Shown here: one piece after another, positions 35,000 to 46,495 of the stretch | How positions within the stretch are numbered: position 1 is the stretch's first letter | How the letters are laid out: each line of letters begins with the position of its first letter | NCBI GenBank assembly: GCA_002269645.1 | Contig: NIVC01001921.1 | Span: 157,433 to 221,432, forward strand | DNA: 64,000 bases | Direction of reading: 5' to 3' | Origin: Macrostomum lignano | Lineage: Eukaryota | Translations under genes and position numbers: made by a program | The notes under the pieces: generated by a model | What the model saw: only the letters and a program-made list of their open reading frames with translations | The model's database searches: none | What the model was told of the DNA's origin: nothing

Positions 35000-36232
35000 C
35001 AGGAAGGCGCCAAGTCTATTATGTCAGGAAGGCGCCAAGTTTATTATGTCAGGAAGGCGCCAAATTTAGAATGTCAGGAAGGCGCCAAGTTTATTATGTC
35101 AGGAAAGCGCCAAGTCTATTATGTCAGGAAGGCGCCAAGTTTATTATGTCAGGAAGGCGCCAAGTTTATTATGTCAGGAAGGCGCCAAGTTTATTATGTC
35201 AGGAAGGCGCCAAATTTAGAATGTCAGGAAGGCGCCAAGTTTATTATGTCAGGAAAGCGCCAAGTCTATTATGTCAGGAAGGCGCCAAGTTTATTATGTC
35301 AGGAAGGCGCCAAGTTTATTATGTCAGGAAGGCGCCAAATTTAGAATGTCAGGAAGGCGCCAAGTTTATTATGTCAGGAAAGCGCCAAGTCTATTATGTC
35401 AGGAAGGCGCCAAGTTTATTATGTCAGGAAGGCGCCAAGTCTATTATGTCAGGAAGGCGCCATATTTAGAATGTCAGGAAGGCGCCAAATTTAGAATGTC
35501 AGGAAGGCGTCAAGGTTAGGATATTAGAAAGGCGCCAATTTTATTATGCGAGGAAGGCGCCCAGTCTATTATGTCATGAAGGCGCCAAGGTTAGGATGTC
35601 AGGAAGGCGTTAAATTTAGAATGTCAGGAAGGCGCCAAAGTTAGGATTCAGAAATGTGCCACGCTTATTATGTCAGGAAGGCGCTAAGTCTATTATGCCA
35701 GGAAGACGCCAAGGTTAGGATCTCAGGAAGGCGCTAAATTTAGAATGTCAGGAAGGCGTCAAGGTTAGGATATTAGAAAGGCGCCAAGTTTATTATGCCA
35801 GGAAGGCGCCAGGTTTATTATGTCAGGAAGGCGCCAATGTTAGGATGTCAGGAAGGCGCCAAATTTAGAATGTCAGGAAGGCTCCAACTTTAGAATGTCA
35901 GAAAGGCGCCAAATTTAGAATGTCAGGAAGGTGCCAAATTTAGAATGTCAGGAAGGCGCCAAATTAAGAATGTCAGGAAGGCGTCAAGGTAGGATATTAG
36001 AAAGGCGCCAATTTTATTATGCGAGGAAGGCGTTCAGTCTATTATGTCAGGAAGGCGCCAGTTTTATTATGTCAGGAAGGCGCCAAAGTTAGAATGTCAG
36101 GAAGGCGCCAAAGTTAGAATTTCAGGAAGGCGCCAAAGTTAGGTTTCAGAAATGTGCCACGCTTATTATGTCAGGAAGGCGCCAAGTGCATTATGTCATA
36201 GAGGCGCCAATTTTTTATGTCAGAAAGGCGCC
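35000..36232. repeat. 25-bp minisatellite ATGTCAGGAAGGCGCCAAGTTTATT
   Basis: About 49 copies with interspersed AATTTAGA and AGGTTAGG variants; more divergent toward the 3' end. Confidence 0.97.
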
Positions 36233-37429
36233 CTAAACTGGCGACCTCAAAAGTTGATCACGTGACCTTAATAGATCGAGTGGCAAAGTGCAGCTATTTT
36301 CTGTCACGATCATCAAAGGCTTTTCAAAGCTGCCAGCAAAGACTGCAGGGCGGCTCGACTTCTCCTACTCTTTAAAAATAAATTTAAACGCCGCTCCAGA
36401 CGGGAGATCAATCAGCTGGTGGGATGGCTGCTCACTTCCACACGCTGTAAAAGTGGCTGCAGATGAGGAGCCGCTGGAACTGACGGGTTGGGAGGGACGA
36501 GCGGCGCCCTCAATTTTACCGTTCAAATTTTTTGAGAGCGATCCAAAATTAGCAGGCTCCCCTTTTTTAAACCTGGTTGTAAGTCGAATATGGGATCTCG
36601 TACTATCAAGCAAGCTCGGCTATTTTGGATTTGGGCTTTTTGGCTTAGTGTTTACCAATATTGCCCATGGATGAAAAAAAAATTTTACTCATCCAGATGG
36701 AATCACGAGGTTTTCTAGAAAAAGTGCATTTTCTGTAGAAACGTCTCAGATTACCAGTTTAGTTTCTCTTACAATTTTTGAAGATTATTTACTTGCATCT
36801 CTTTCCTGCAACTCTCTTCCTGCTCTCATTCTGTTATTCCCCAATATTTTTCTGCTTCAGTGGAAGCATTATCAAAAAAGCTGAGTACCGTGTTTTGAAT
36901 ACAAAATAATCTTGCTAGCTTGAGCTAGCTACCGTCACGATATTTAAATAGATACACCAGCGTTGTGCATAACAAACGGTATGCAAGCATTACTGAAGTA
37001 GAAGGACAGGAAGCTGCGTTTTTGGAACTTTTTTCTGGGGCAGTTTTCCATACTATCATCAAAAAAAACATCAAACAATTTTATGTACATTAAGATACTC
37101 TATAGAGGCGCTCACGTACATGTACAAATCAGGAGAGTACAATTAGTACGTGCAGGTATGCTGGAACTTCTGGAACTAAATAATGTTTCTAACGAACTAT
37201 GATGTACATGTACCATTTGTAAGCCGATCGCGTATAGAATTACCTGGTACAATCTGGAATGTACGTATACCAATCGTGCCAACTACCTGTCCAAGGAATA
37301 CTTTTAATAGAAGAATACTTAATTTACATAACATGATCTCAAACATAAAATTTGTTTGCATTTACATATATTACCTTCAAGGACGGACCCAAGGACTGAC
37401 GATTTAATTATAAGTAGTCCTTGATCAGA

Positions 37430-40400
37430 GTGAAATGGATTTAACTTAAAAAAGTCACGATAAAACGGTGTTCGACTAATGCTCGAGTGTGAATTTATAA
37501 AAAACTGATGTTTGTATTATTTTATTTATCATTAAAATTAATTAACCGCTAACTCAAATTGATTCAGCCTAAAAAACTTCACAGTGGGCATAGCGATTTT
37601 GTTTTCTTGCCTTGGAACGTATGGCGTATGCTAGGTTGCTAATCAATAAATTATTATAAATTAGCAACAAACACAACAATTATACGCTTCAATGATGGGG
37701 AAAAGTTAGACATAAAGGGTTTTTGATCAAGAAAACATTGGAAAACCGTTTTTAGATTTTAGATTATTGAGTTTATTTTCTACTAAAGGCGACGGTAAAT
37801 GGGTAAAAAGAACAAGTTATAACAAAAAATGTCTATTGTGCTAATATAAATTTATATTTCTGTGTCAAAAAAGTAGGAATCATTAAATTAAAACTATCTG
37901 CAAAATTATAAACAATTATTAAATAAATAAACAAGTTGAACACTAGCAAAGTAGATCCACAAACCATATTATAAAAGAAATAAAGTTAATCCTAACTTCC
38001 AGTTAATTTTAATAGGCTGAAAGCTTAAGATAGTGTTAAAGCCTGTCGATTTCTGTAGTGTAATTTATTTCCTATGGATTCCGTGTTCTGCAGTTTGTAA
38101 AAGCCTCTTGAGATGTTTGGTAAGCTATGTCTTAGTCTTGTGTCTTTTTGTTTTGCAATGCTAATTTTTACTCTACAGTAGGGCAAAATTGACATTCAAG
38201 ATTTCGTGCAAGAATACAGGAAGTAGAATAGGTGAAAAATTATGGCGTCTTTTTAAACCTTTACAATGCAATCACAATTTTAAAACATGGCCGATATGCA
38301 TGCGCGGTTACTAGTTATGAAGTTATGAACTTACTCAACGACTGCGTCTGTGTAAAGTTCAAAACTATGAATAAGTAAAATAACTTCACGTTAAATAATA
38401 AATTCACCCAACAGCCTGCCTAAACAAAGTCTTATGTTTAAAGAGGCCATAAAACTAATTATTTTTTGAAAAGCTCTCTACTTAGGCCCTAGCTTAGCCT
38501 TAAAAAAGAAGATTCAAGAAAACAGGAACAATGTCATTTATTATTTTTTAAATAACTATTTATGTGATCTTCCAATCCTATCATTATACCAATGGTCATA
38601 AACTAGTATCAAACATGTATCATGTCCTCTCAATTACAACTTAGTTCCCCCAATTGTGACTTAATTTTCACTTTGTATATGACTTTTCTTGCTTTTTTAT
38701 CTTTTCTTTTCTTTCTCTTTTTCTCTCCTCTTTCCCCTCTCTCTGTCTTCTCCCTCCTTTCTTTTTCTTTTTTCTTTCCTTTTTTCCTTTTTTCTTTTTT
38801 TTCTACCAATTTTTCATTTTTTTATGTTTTTGATTTTGCAACTTACATTGGCTGGCGCTGGCGGCCATTTCACTTGTCTGGCTTGGACAGGCTGGATGGG
38901 TATTGGACATGTATGACATGTATATATATACTTAGTTATCAATTATCATGTGTGCCATAGTAGAGATGGACCAAAAGCAGACTTTTAATCAAAATCAAAA
39001 TTGAAACTGAAAGTCAGCAACTTCCAAAATTGAAATAATTTCGGAAAGTTCCAAAGTTAAAATTTTTAAGCATTATAGCAATTTGCTTTTTGATGCCTAA
39101 ATTATAAATTAGAATTAGATTCAAAAATAGAAAGTTAGCCCTAACCTAATTAATTTGGACACTAGTCGTTTCAGTGATAAGTCATTTTAGTGACAGTCAT
39201 TTTGGTGACAAATAGTTGTTTTGGGGACAAGTTGTATTTGTAATAGACACTATTTTTGATAAAAAATAAGATTTTATAAGTATAGTTATTTTAGTAATAA
39301 CAGGCGCTTTATAATATTAGCTTGTAATTTTTTTGTTAATATTTATGTTTCTTATATATATATATATTTAACAATTTCCATTAAAAGATTAAAATATTTA
39401 AAAAAAGAAATCAATCTAATTATATTGTTTTCTTTTTGTGCAGATCATTTTCAATTGTCCCAGAATATTCAGACACAAACTATAAACCTATAAAAAATCT
39501 CATAAGATGACAACCACAAAAAAGTAGAGATTCATTGGACACCAATGGTATACTTAAGATTTTGAAAAGGGAAGGGATAACTTTTAGAAACAAAACTATG
39601 TAGACTAATAAAATAGTTTTTTTGCAATGTTTGCTTAGAATATACATTTAAAAGAACTAAAACCATGTTTATTTGGCTAAAAAAACTTTACTTTGTGAAA
39701 ATAAAAATAAAGCCGGCAGACGTGTATCTTGTCTATAGCATTTAAGAAACTAGGGATTCATGGAAATATCATTTAAAAAATTTGAATATTAATTTTTAGG
39801 AAAATATATGCCAATTTTTGGCAATTTTGCTAAGTCTCAGCAGCTTTATTTTGCATTTTTTAAACTTATTTTTGTTTCCTATAAATCATCAAAATGGGGG
39901 AGAGATATATCCCCGTATCCCCTTCCTAGGTACGCCACTGCTGGACACTATGGCTAGATTAGAAAACAAATTCAAAAGATCGCAACTCTGTAATTGTAAA
40001 TAAACAAAATTAAATAAAGCAATATTTAACCCTTTTAGAAAATTATAAAATTTGAAGTTAATATCCCTTAAGATTTGCTAGGTAATTTTCTGTTTAAAAG
40101 CAGAATGGCTATCACTAAAAGGATATTTTTCTTGTCACCAAAATGACTTTTGCTTGTCACTAAAAAGACTGTTACCAAAACATCTTGTCACCAAAATGAC
40201 TATAATCTATTAATTTAATAATAAGTATTTTGCAGTATGTTTTTACTTTTAACTAAGGTAGACCTAGTCCTAGGCCTTTTTTCATTTTGTTAAGCTAACC
40301 TACTATTTTAAAGTCTTTTCATTTCAATTTTTGTTTTAGTTTTTTTAGAAATCAAATATAAGCAATGTCAATGTGCATATGATTCAATAAACAAAGCTAA

Positions 40401-43240
40401 AATAAATTTTTTGTATTTTAAATTTTGTATAATCAAAACTATATTTATTAGCATTGTTGATCTACTTCATTATCACCTAGCTAAATCTTCTTAGCACACA
40501 TGTTAGGCAATAAAATTCTGGCTATTTTGCCTTAAACCATTTTAGCCATTGCAAAAAACCATTTTGCCCACAAACTAGTTCAATCATATAGGCATTTTGA
40601 TCACAATGGTGATTATATAATATACAAACATATGTATGTATTGCTAAGCTATATTTAGCTTTTAAATGCTAGTTTTTATCTTTATATATAGGCATAAAAA
40701 ATTAATAATATTGCCTCAATTTGTAGAAAGAGAGATATATGACAGAACTTCCCATTATATATTGGCTATACCTATCATACATGTTATACACAAAAGTTAT
40801 GTTTATAGCTATTATTAAACTATCATTCACTTATATTGTCACTTGTATCATTTGTGTTTTTAAGTTTTAGATAACTTAGCATCAATATTATATTGTTAGC
40901 AAAATTATTTCATATTGATAATTTTCTAAAAAGGCAAAAGTAAAGTATATAAAAGTATAATCTAAGTCATTTCAATCAAAGGAAAAGAGGCTTGAAGACA
41001 AAATAGTCCATGGCTGAATGGTCTATAAGCCAAGTGGTTTGGGGGCAAAATGTCCATGGCTAAAACAGTTTATAGGCAAAATGATCAGTTACTAGCAATA
41101 GTGCAACTTGGAATTTTTCAAGGAGGGCAAATTCTAAAAAGGTAGAGATGCAAAGAAAGGTTTTTAGCTAAAGAAAGGTTTCAAAGCTATTTAGAGCTCT
41201 ACTCATCTCTTATCTTAAATGGTATAGAGAGGGTTGGCTCTATATTTTAATAAAAAATTTGCTTGGTGCCTCCTTCCTTTGATTTTTTCTAGTCTTTGCC
41301 TAAGAGAAAGGCAACCACCCTATCCTTTCCCTCCTATTTGTACCATTAATTGCTAAGTGTAGCCTTCTAAATAGGATACAACAAATGCAATTAAATCAAA
41401 CATATTCTTTGAAATTAAAGAAATATGCCAATTTTAACAAAATGGATATTATTTTAATTAAGAAAATGTTTTATAAAGCATTTATTATATTGTTATTAAA
41501 TTATTTTTATCATTTGGGCATATTAACTGGGGTACTAAAAAGCAATCTGGGTACCAAAATACCAGGCACCAAAAACCATAGCAACTGTCACAATTAGGCA
41601 GTCCAATGAGTTGAAAAAATAGTAAAATGAATTTAAAAAAGTAAAAATGAATATAGTTCTTCTTTAAAAACATAAAAATGAGGTGAAATGATATATTAAA
41701 ATATGAAAGCTGAGAAAATTCTTTTCTTAAAATGTATAAAATTCTACAAATGGTAAAGTATACTAAAATTAATATGCTTTTTATAATTTTCCTTTTTGAA
41801 AAAATATATGCATATGACTCTTGTGAAAAATACAAAATAAGAAATTTTTTGTGTCAAACTAAAGATAATTTTTAAACAAAAAATTGTCATTTGAATTTAC
41901 TTTTTATCTGGTTTTGGTTAAGATTTATACTAAGAAATGTGAAAGAAGGTCAGTATGAGTGTTACACAACCTCAAATGTCTGTGGTGTCCTTTTCCAATC
42001 ATCATTTTTTGGTAAAAGTTAACTTTGAATTGGTCAGAAAGATGTGGAAATACCTGTGGATGAAACCAGTAATTAATTGCTGATCAGATCTAATGGTGTC
42101 AGTGTTTGCATATTCCATACCAAGTGCTTGCTTTTGGCTAAGGACTCAAAGATGAGTTCTTTCCAAAGTCTTGAAAGTCAGCAGAGTCAAAGTTTTCATC
42201 CTGTGGTCTATAGGATAGAGTAGAGCAGAAATTGCTAATCATATTTTTTTTAATCCATGGTAAGAACAGCATAAAGAAAATAAGTTCAAGAAAGTGAGAA
42301 GACAAGTTCAAGGATGGCTAGTCCACTTTGAATGACCAGTAGTCATACTCTTGCCATCCCCACATGGTGAAAACTTGACTCTGCTGACTGTTAAAGAAAA
42401 TTGATAATGGAAAAAGGACACCACAGACATTCGAGGTTGTGTAACACCATTACTGATCTTTTTCACATTTCCTGGTATAACTCTAAACCAAAACCAGATA
42501 AAAAGGAAATTCAAAGGACAGGTTTTTATCATTGAAAAATTATCTTTAGTTTGACAAAAAAAACATAAAAATTGGTCAAGCCACTAAGGAGCTGGAGCAA
42601 AGATTCTGAGAACTTTTGGGACACCCCATTGTGTATAGCTATAACTTTGTTTTTATTTTTAACAAAAATTGTATCAAGTTTTCAAAATACTTTTTTTACC
42701 AATAGGCTTGATGCTATGCATTGTTGACATCAATTTTTAATGCAGAATTTGTCATAGAATCTTTTGCAGAGATTGTTTTTTACATTTGCCTCCCACTTTA
42801 CCTATATAGAAGTTTAAGCAACCTCCAATATTATATATATATGGGTGTTTCTACAAAATGTAAACAAAAATTAAACTAAAAAAGTATAGTAGATAGTAAA
42901 ACAACTTTTAAATATATTAAAACAAGAAAATATTTTGAGACATATTAAGCAGAGTAATAGAATATAACTAGAGTTACTACTATTAATATAATCTATAGAC
43001 TATAATAGTTTCCATTGAGTCACTAACATATAATATACTAACAATAAACTCTAATATATATACTAAAGATTAAAGAAGGTATTGTCTTATATTTGTCTTT
43101 GTCTATTAATATGTGGATATAATCTTTTAAAGCAAGGCTTTTAGGTTTGAAGTAATGATATATTTGCTGGGTAGGCCTTGTCTGAGCAAATTTAGAAAAA
43201 TGTGACCACATCCCAAATTTTTTACCCTACCAATGTGCTC
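37430..43240. other. AT-rich, CpG-depleted block made of fold-back/MITE-like remnants (possibly foreign)
   Basis: Spot counts of 60-nt lines give 15-40% GC, mostly 20-30%. I found only one CG (42432) between ~39985 and 43239. Contains several long imperfect inverted repeats, no host-type minisatellites and no credible long ORF. Confidence 0.75.
41845..42560. mobile_element. ~715-bp fold-back element with ~170-bp diverged inverted arms
   Basis: 41845-42010 (..GTCAAACTAAAGATAATTTT..TTTTTATCTGGTTTTGGTT..GTGTTACACAACCTCAAATGTCTGTGGTGTCCTTTT) mirrors 42385-42560. Confidence 0.8.
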
Positions 43241-43779
43241 GCAGTATGATTGATAACACGTTTGCTTTCAATCCTGTCCAGCTTATCTTCCTGTCTGCTA
43301 AACTGAAACTGGGGTTGCCTGCCTAAAGTGCGCTTTGTACTTTTGTACTTTTGGCTGCCCTCAAATTTCAGGAGGCTCACTGCAGGCCGCCGGCAGGCCA
43401 GGCTGAGCCCCAGCGGCTGCAGCAGCGGCTTGGCGCCTCTCATATTGGCTCTGCGCAGCCACGGCGCCCGCCCACGCGCGCCACCGAGGCCGGGAGAGAG
43501 CTGAGTGCGCGCTAATTTAAACAGGCGCCGTGTAATTTTTTTAAGTAGAGAAAAAAAATTGGCAAGCTGCCAATAATCCCTCTTACATATTTTAATTAAT
43601 GACAGATTTCAGTTTGGCCTGGCAGATTTAGCTTTATTTCTATTGTTTATCAGCTAGCATTACTAAGCAATACGGGGTACTACTGTAAGTAGCTAGCAGT
43701 AGCATAGTATACCTCTAAACGCTATCCGCAACCTCAATTCTAGATAGCTAGCTAGCCAAACTGGTCCTGTCGACAATTC

Positions 43780-44311
43780 ATGGAGAAATTCAAAGCCAAG
43801 CGGGGCGGCGGCCCCAGGTTCAATATGAACGCCCGGGCGGCGGCGGTAGCGGCTGGCAGCCGGATTGCCCGCCGAGGTCGCGGAGGCCGCGTCATTCGAG
43901 GCGGAGTCGGCCGCGGTGCATTTCCGGCCGCGGGTGCAGCGGCGGCGGCACCTTGTTGGTCCAATAACGCCGGCGCTAGCAGATTCCAGCTTCATCAACT
44001 GCAGCAGCAGCAGCAGCAGTTTCGGCGGCTGCCCTACCAGCAGCAGCAGAGAACCCAGCTCATCCGTCGAGTCTGGCAAAATCGTCGGGGTCGTCGCGGC
44101 GGCGGCGTCGCTACCAGTTCGAGCTCCGCTGGCGGGGCCGCCCATCAGCAGCAGCTGCAGAGCTCCGATCCGTTGAACCTGCGCTGGGTTGCGGCGGAGA
44201 GCCAGCGCAGGGAGCTGGCCGGCTTGTCGCCGATGCCTGGTGACAGCGCGCTCGGCTCCCCGGTGCTGCCGCCCGTTGACGAGGGCGCAGCCGGCCAGGC
44301 TGCTGTGGAAG
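43780..44311 (+). CDS. MEPCE: MEPCE/Bin3 7SK methylphosphate capping enzyme, exon 1
   Basis: ATG at 43780; RG-rich and Gln-rich N-terminus with the conserved DPLNL motif. Donor GTGAGC (phase 1). Confidence 0.78.
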
Positions 44312-44352
44312 GTGAGCGAAAGGTCTTGTAGAATTGGGTCAGTTGACGATGC

Positions 44353-44437
44353 AGAATCTAAGCTGACGCGCATTCTAAGAATCTGAAGCTGACGCGCATT
44401 CTAAGAATCTAAGCTGACGCGCATTCTAAGAATCTAA
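44353..44437. repeat. 25-bp repeat GAATCTAAGCTGACGCGCATTCTAA x3 in MEPCE intron 1
   Basis: Three near-identical copies plus a partial copy. Confidence 0.88.
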
Positions 44438-44472
44438 GATCTTTCTGTAAATTCTTGATTTTCTATTCGCAG

Positions 44473-44993
44473 GCGCAACGTTGGAGTCCTCTGAAGCCGT
44501 GTCCACTAGTAGCGCATGCGCGGAATCAACAGCAGCCAGCAGACCTTCAACGACATCCGCGTCGACCGCGGTGAACTCGTCGTCGTCATCAACGACGACA
44601 GCGGGCTCGCACCGGTTCAAGCGGCCAGCCGGCGGGAACTTCGGCTGCAGTGGCGGTCGCAGCGGCGGCTTCTTCCAGCCAATCTACGGCAACTATCGAG
44701 CCTATTACGGTAAGCGGCTTCGAGCGGGCAATTTGAATATTGGCAGACTGCAGGACGACCGGCTGGAACTGCTGCAGCCCGACTGGTATCTGGGCCGCGA
44801 TGTGCTGGATATCGGCTGCAACGATGGCATTTTATCCTTGAAGATTGCCGAGACTCTGGGCGTGAAGTCGCTCACCGGGGTGGACATTGACGGCCACCTG
44901 GTGCAGCGGGCACAGCGGAACCTGAGGCTGCGGGTGCGTGAGGCCGAAGCCGAGCTGAGGCTGAAACGGAACCTGGCTAGGGAGGGCTACCAG
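44473..44993 (+). CDS. MEPCE: MEPCE/Bin3, exon 2 (SAM-binding motif I)
   Basis: YGNYRAYYGKR, DDRLELL, VLDIGCNDG, GVDIDGHLVQRAQRNL. Acceptor TTCGCAG and donor GTGAGG. Confidence 0.93.
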
Positions 44994-45019
44994 GTGAGGA
45001 CTGTCTTCTGCTTCTGTAC

Positions 45020-45479
45020 GTGTCCGATCTGCCTGTCTTTGTGTCCTATCTGCCTGTCTTTGTCCGATCTGCCCGTCTTTGTGTCCTATCTGCCTGTCTT
45101 TGTGTCCTATCTGCCTGTCTTTGTCCGATCTGCCTGTCTTTGTCCGATCTGCCTGTCTTTGTGTCCTATCTGCCTGTGCCTGTCTGTGTCCGATCTGCCT
45201 GTCTTTGTCTGTCCGATCTGCCTGTCTTTGTCCGATCTGCCTGTGCCTGTCTGTGTCCGATCTGCCTGTCTTTGTCCGATCTGCCTGTGCCTGTCTGTGT
45301 CCGATCTGCCTGTCTTTGTCTGTCCGATCTGCCTGTCTCTGTGTCCGATCTGCCTGTCTTTGTCTGTCCGATCTGCCTGTCTTTGTGTCCTATCTGCCTG
45401 TCTTTGTCCGATCTGCCTGTGCCTGTCTGTTCCGATCTGTCTGTGTCCGATCTGTCTGTCTTTGTCTGTCTAATCCGCC

Positions 45480-45515
<36 letters not shown>

Positions 45516-45551
45516 CAATCTGTCTGTCTGTCTGTCTGTCTGTCTGTCCAA

Positions 45552-45592
<41 letters not shown>

Positions 45593-45610
45593 GTCCGATC
45601 TGCCTGTCTA
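45020..45610. repeat. Pyrimidine-rich repeat (TGTCCGATCTGCCTGTCTT units grading into (TGTC)n) in MEPCE intron 2
   Basis: Fills most of intron 44994-45715. Confidence 0.93.
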
Positions 45611-45715
45611 TCTGCTCCCCATATGTCTGTACGATCTCTCTGTATTCTTCTGTCCCTAATCTGTCTTGGTCGTGTCTGATGACACCCTGTCGGTCTCATC
45701 CCGGTCATCCCGCAG

Positions 45716-46411
45716 GTGGAGTCGCGGCAGCAGGAGCGCACCGGCTTCCCCTACAACGTGTTCTTCCAGGCCGGCAACTACGTGCTGGACAGCGAGGAGC
45801 AGCTGGCCAAGGTCGAGGAGAACAAATACGACATCATCCAGGCATTCAGCATCACCAAATGGATCCACCTGAACTGGGGCGATCGCGGCCTCAAATTATT
45901 CTTCCGCCGGGCGTTTCGCGAGCTCCGGCCGGACGGCAAGCTGATCCTGGAGCCGCAGCCGTTCCAGTCCTACAAGAAGAAGCTGCTCTGCCCCGAGCAC
46001 AAGCGCAACTACGCCAATATCGAGATGCGGCCGGAGAAATTTCGCGAATACTTGGAACGCGAGGTCGGCTTCGCTCATAGTCTGTACATCTCCGAGCAGC
46101 AGCAGTACCACGGATTCCAGCGACCCGTGCTCATGTGCACCAAGCCGACTGGCCGCACCCCCGCGCTGCAGGCCGCGCCGGCCCCGCACCCGCTGCCGGC
46201 TGGCACGGCCGGCGGACCGCCGAGTCGCAGCGGGCGGCCGTGGCGATGGCGGCAGTCAGCAGTGCTGCCGAGACGCCGGAGTCCATCAGGCTGGCCGCCG
46301 CTTCGCCGCCCCAGCTGGACGACGGACTGGACTCGTTTGATGAGGAGCGGGGTTTTGAGTCCGGCGGCAGCCAGCAGCAGGGAGATTAGCGCTGGCTCTG
46401 CTGGCACCTGA
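45716..46411 (+). CDS. MEPCE: MEPCE/Bin3, exon 3 (Bin3 domain C-half)
   Basis: FPYNVFFQAGNYVL, YDIIQAFSITKWIHLNWGDRGLKLFFRR, LRPDGKLILEPQPFQSY, GFQRPV. The true C-terminus may lie in another frame (stop at 46389); see findings. Confidence 0.92.
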   Translation: MESRQQERTGFPYNVFFQAGNYVLDSEEQLAKVEENKYDIIQAFSITKWIHLNWGDRGLKLFFRRAFRELRPDGKLILEPQPFQSYKKKLLCPEHKRNYANIEMRPEKFREYLEREVGFAHSLYISEQQQYHGFQRPVLMCTKPTGRTPALQAAPAPHPLPAGTAGGPPSRSGRPWRWRQSAVLPRRRSPSGWPPLRRPSWTTDWTRLMRSGVLSPAAASSREISAGSAGT

Positions 46412-46495
46412 TTGTGCTTGTTAATGTTCTTTTATTCAGTCAGTTGCGGCTCTGGAGCTTGCGGTGGTACAGCTTATCAAATTTATAACTGAATC

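Noticed and set aside
38094-38230. GKIDIQDFVQEYRK peptide after a GTAAGC..CTACAG mini-intron in the AT-rich block, loosely reminiscent of a Vps37 C-terminus
   Set aside because: Only 14 residues, bounded by stops, and the upstream frame gives no matching sequence.
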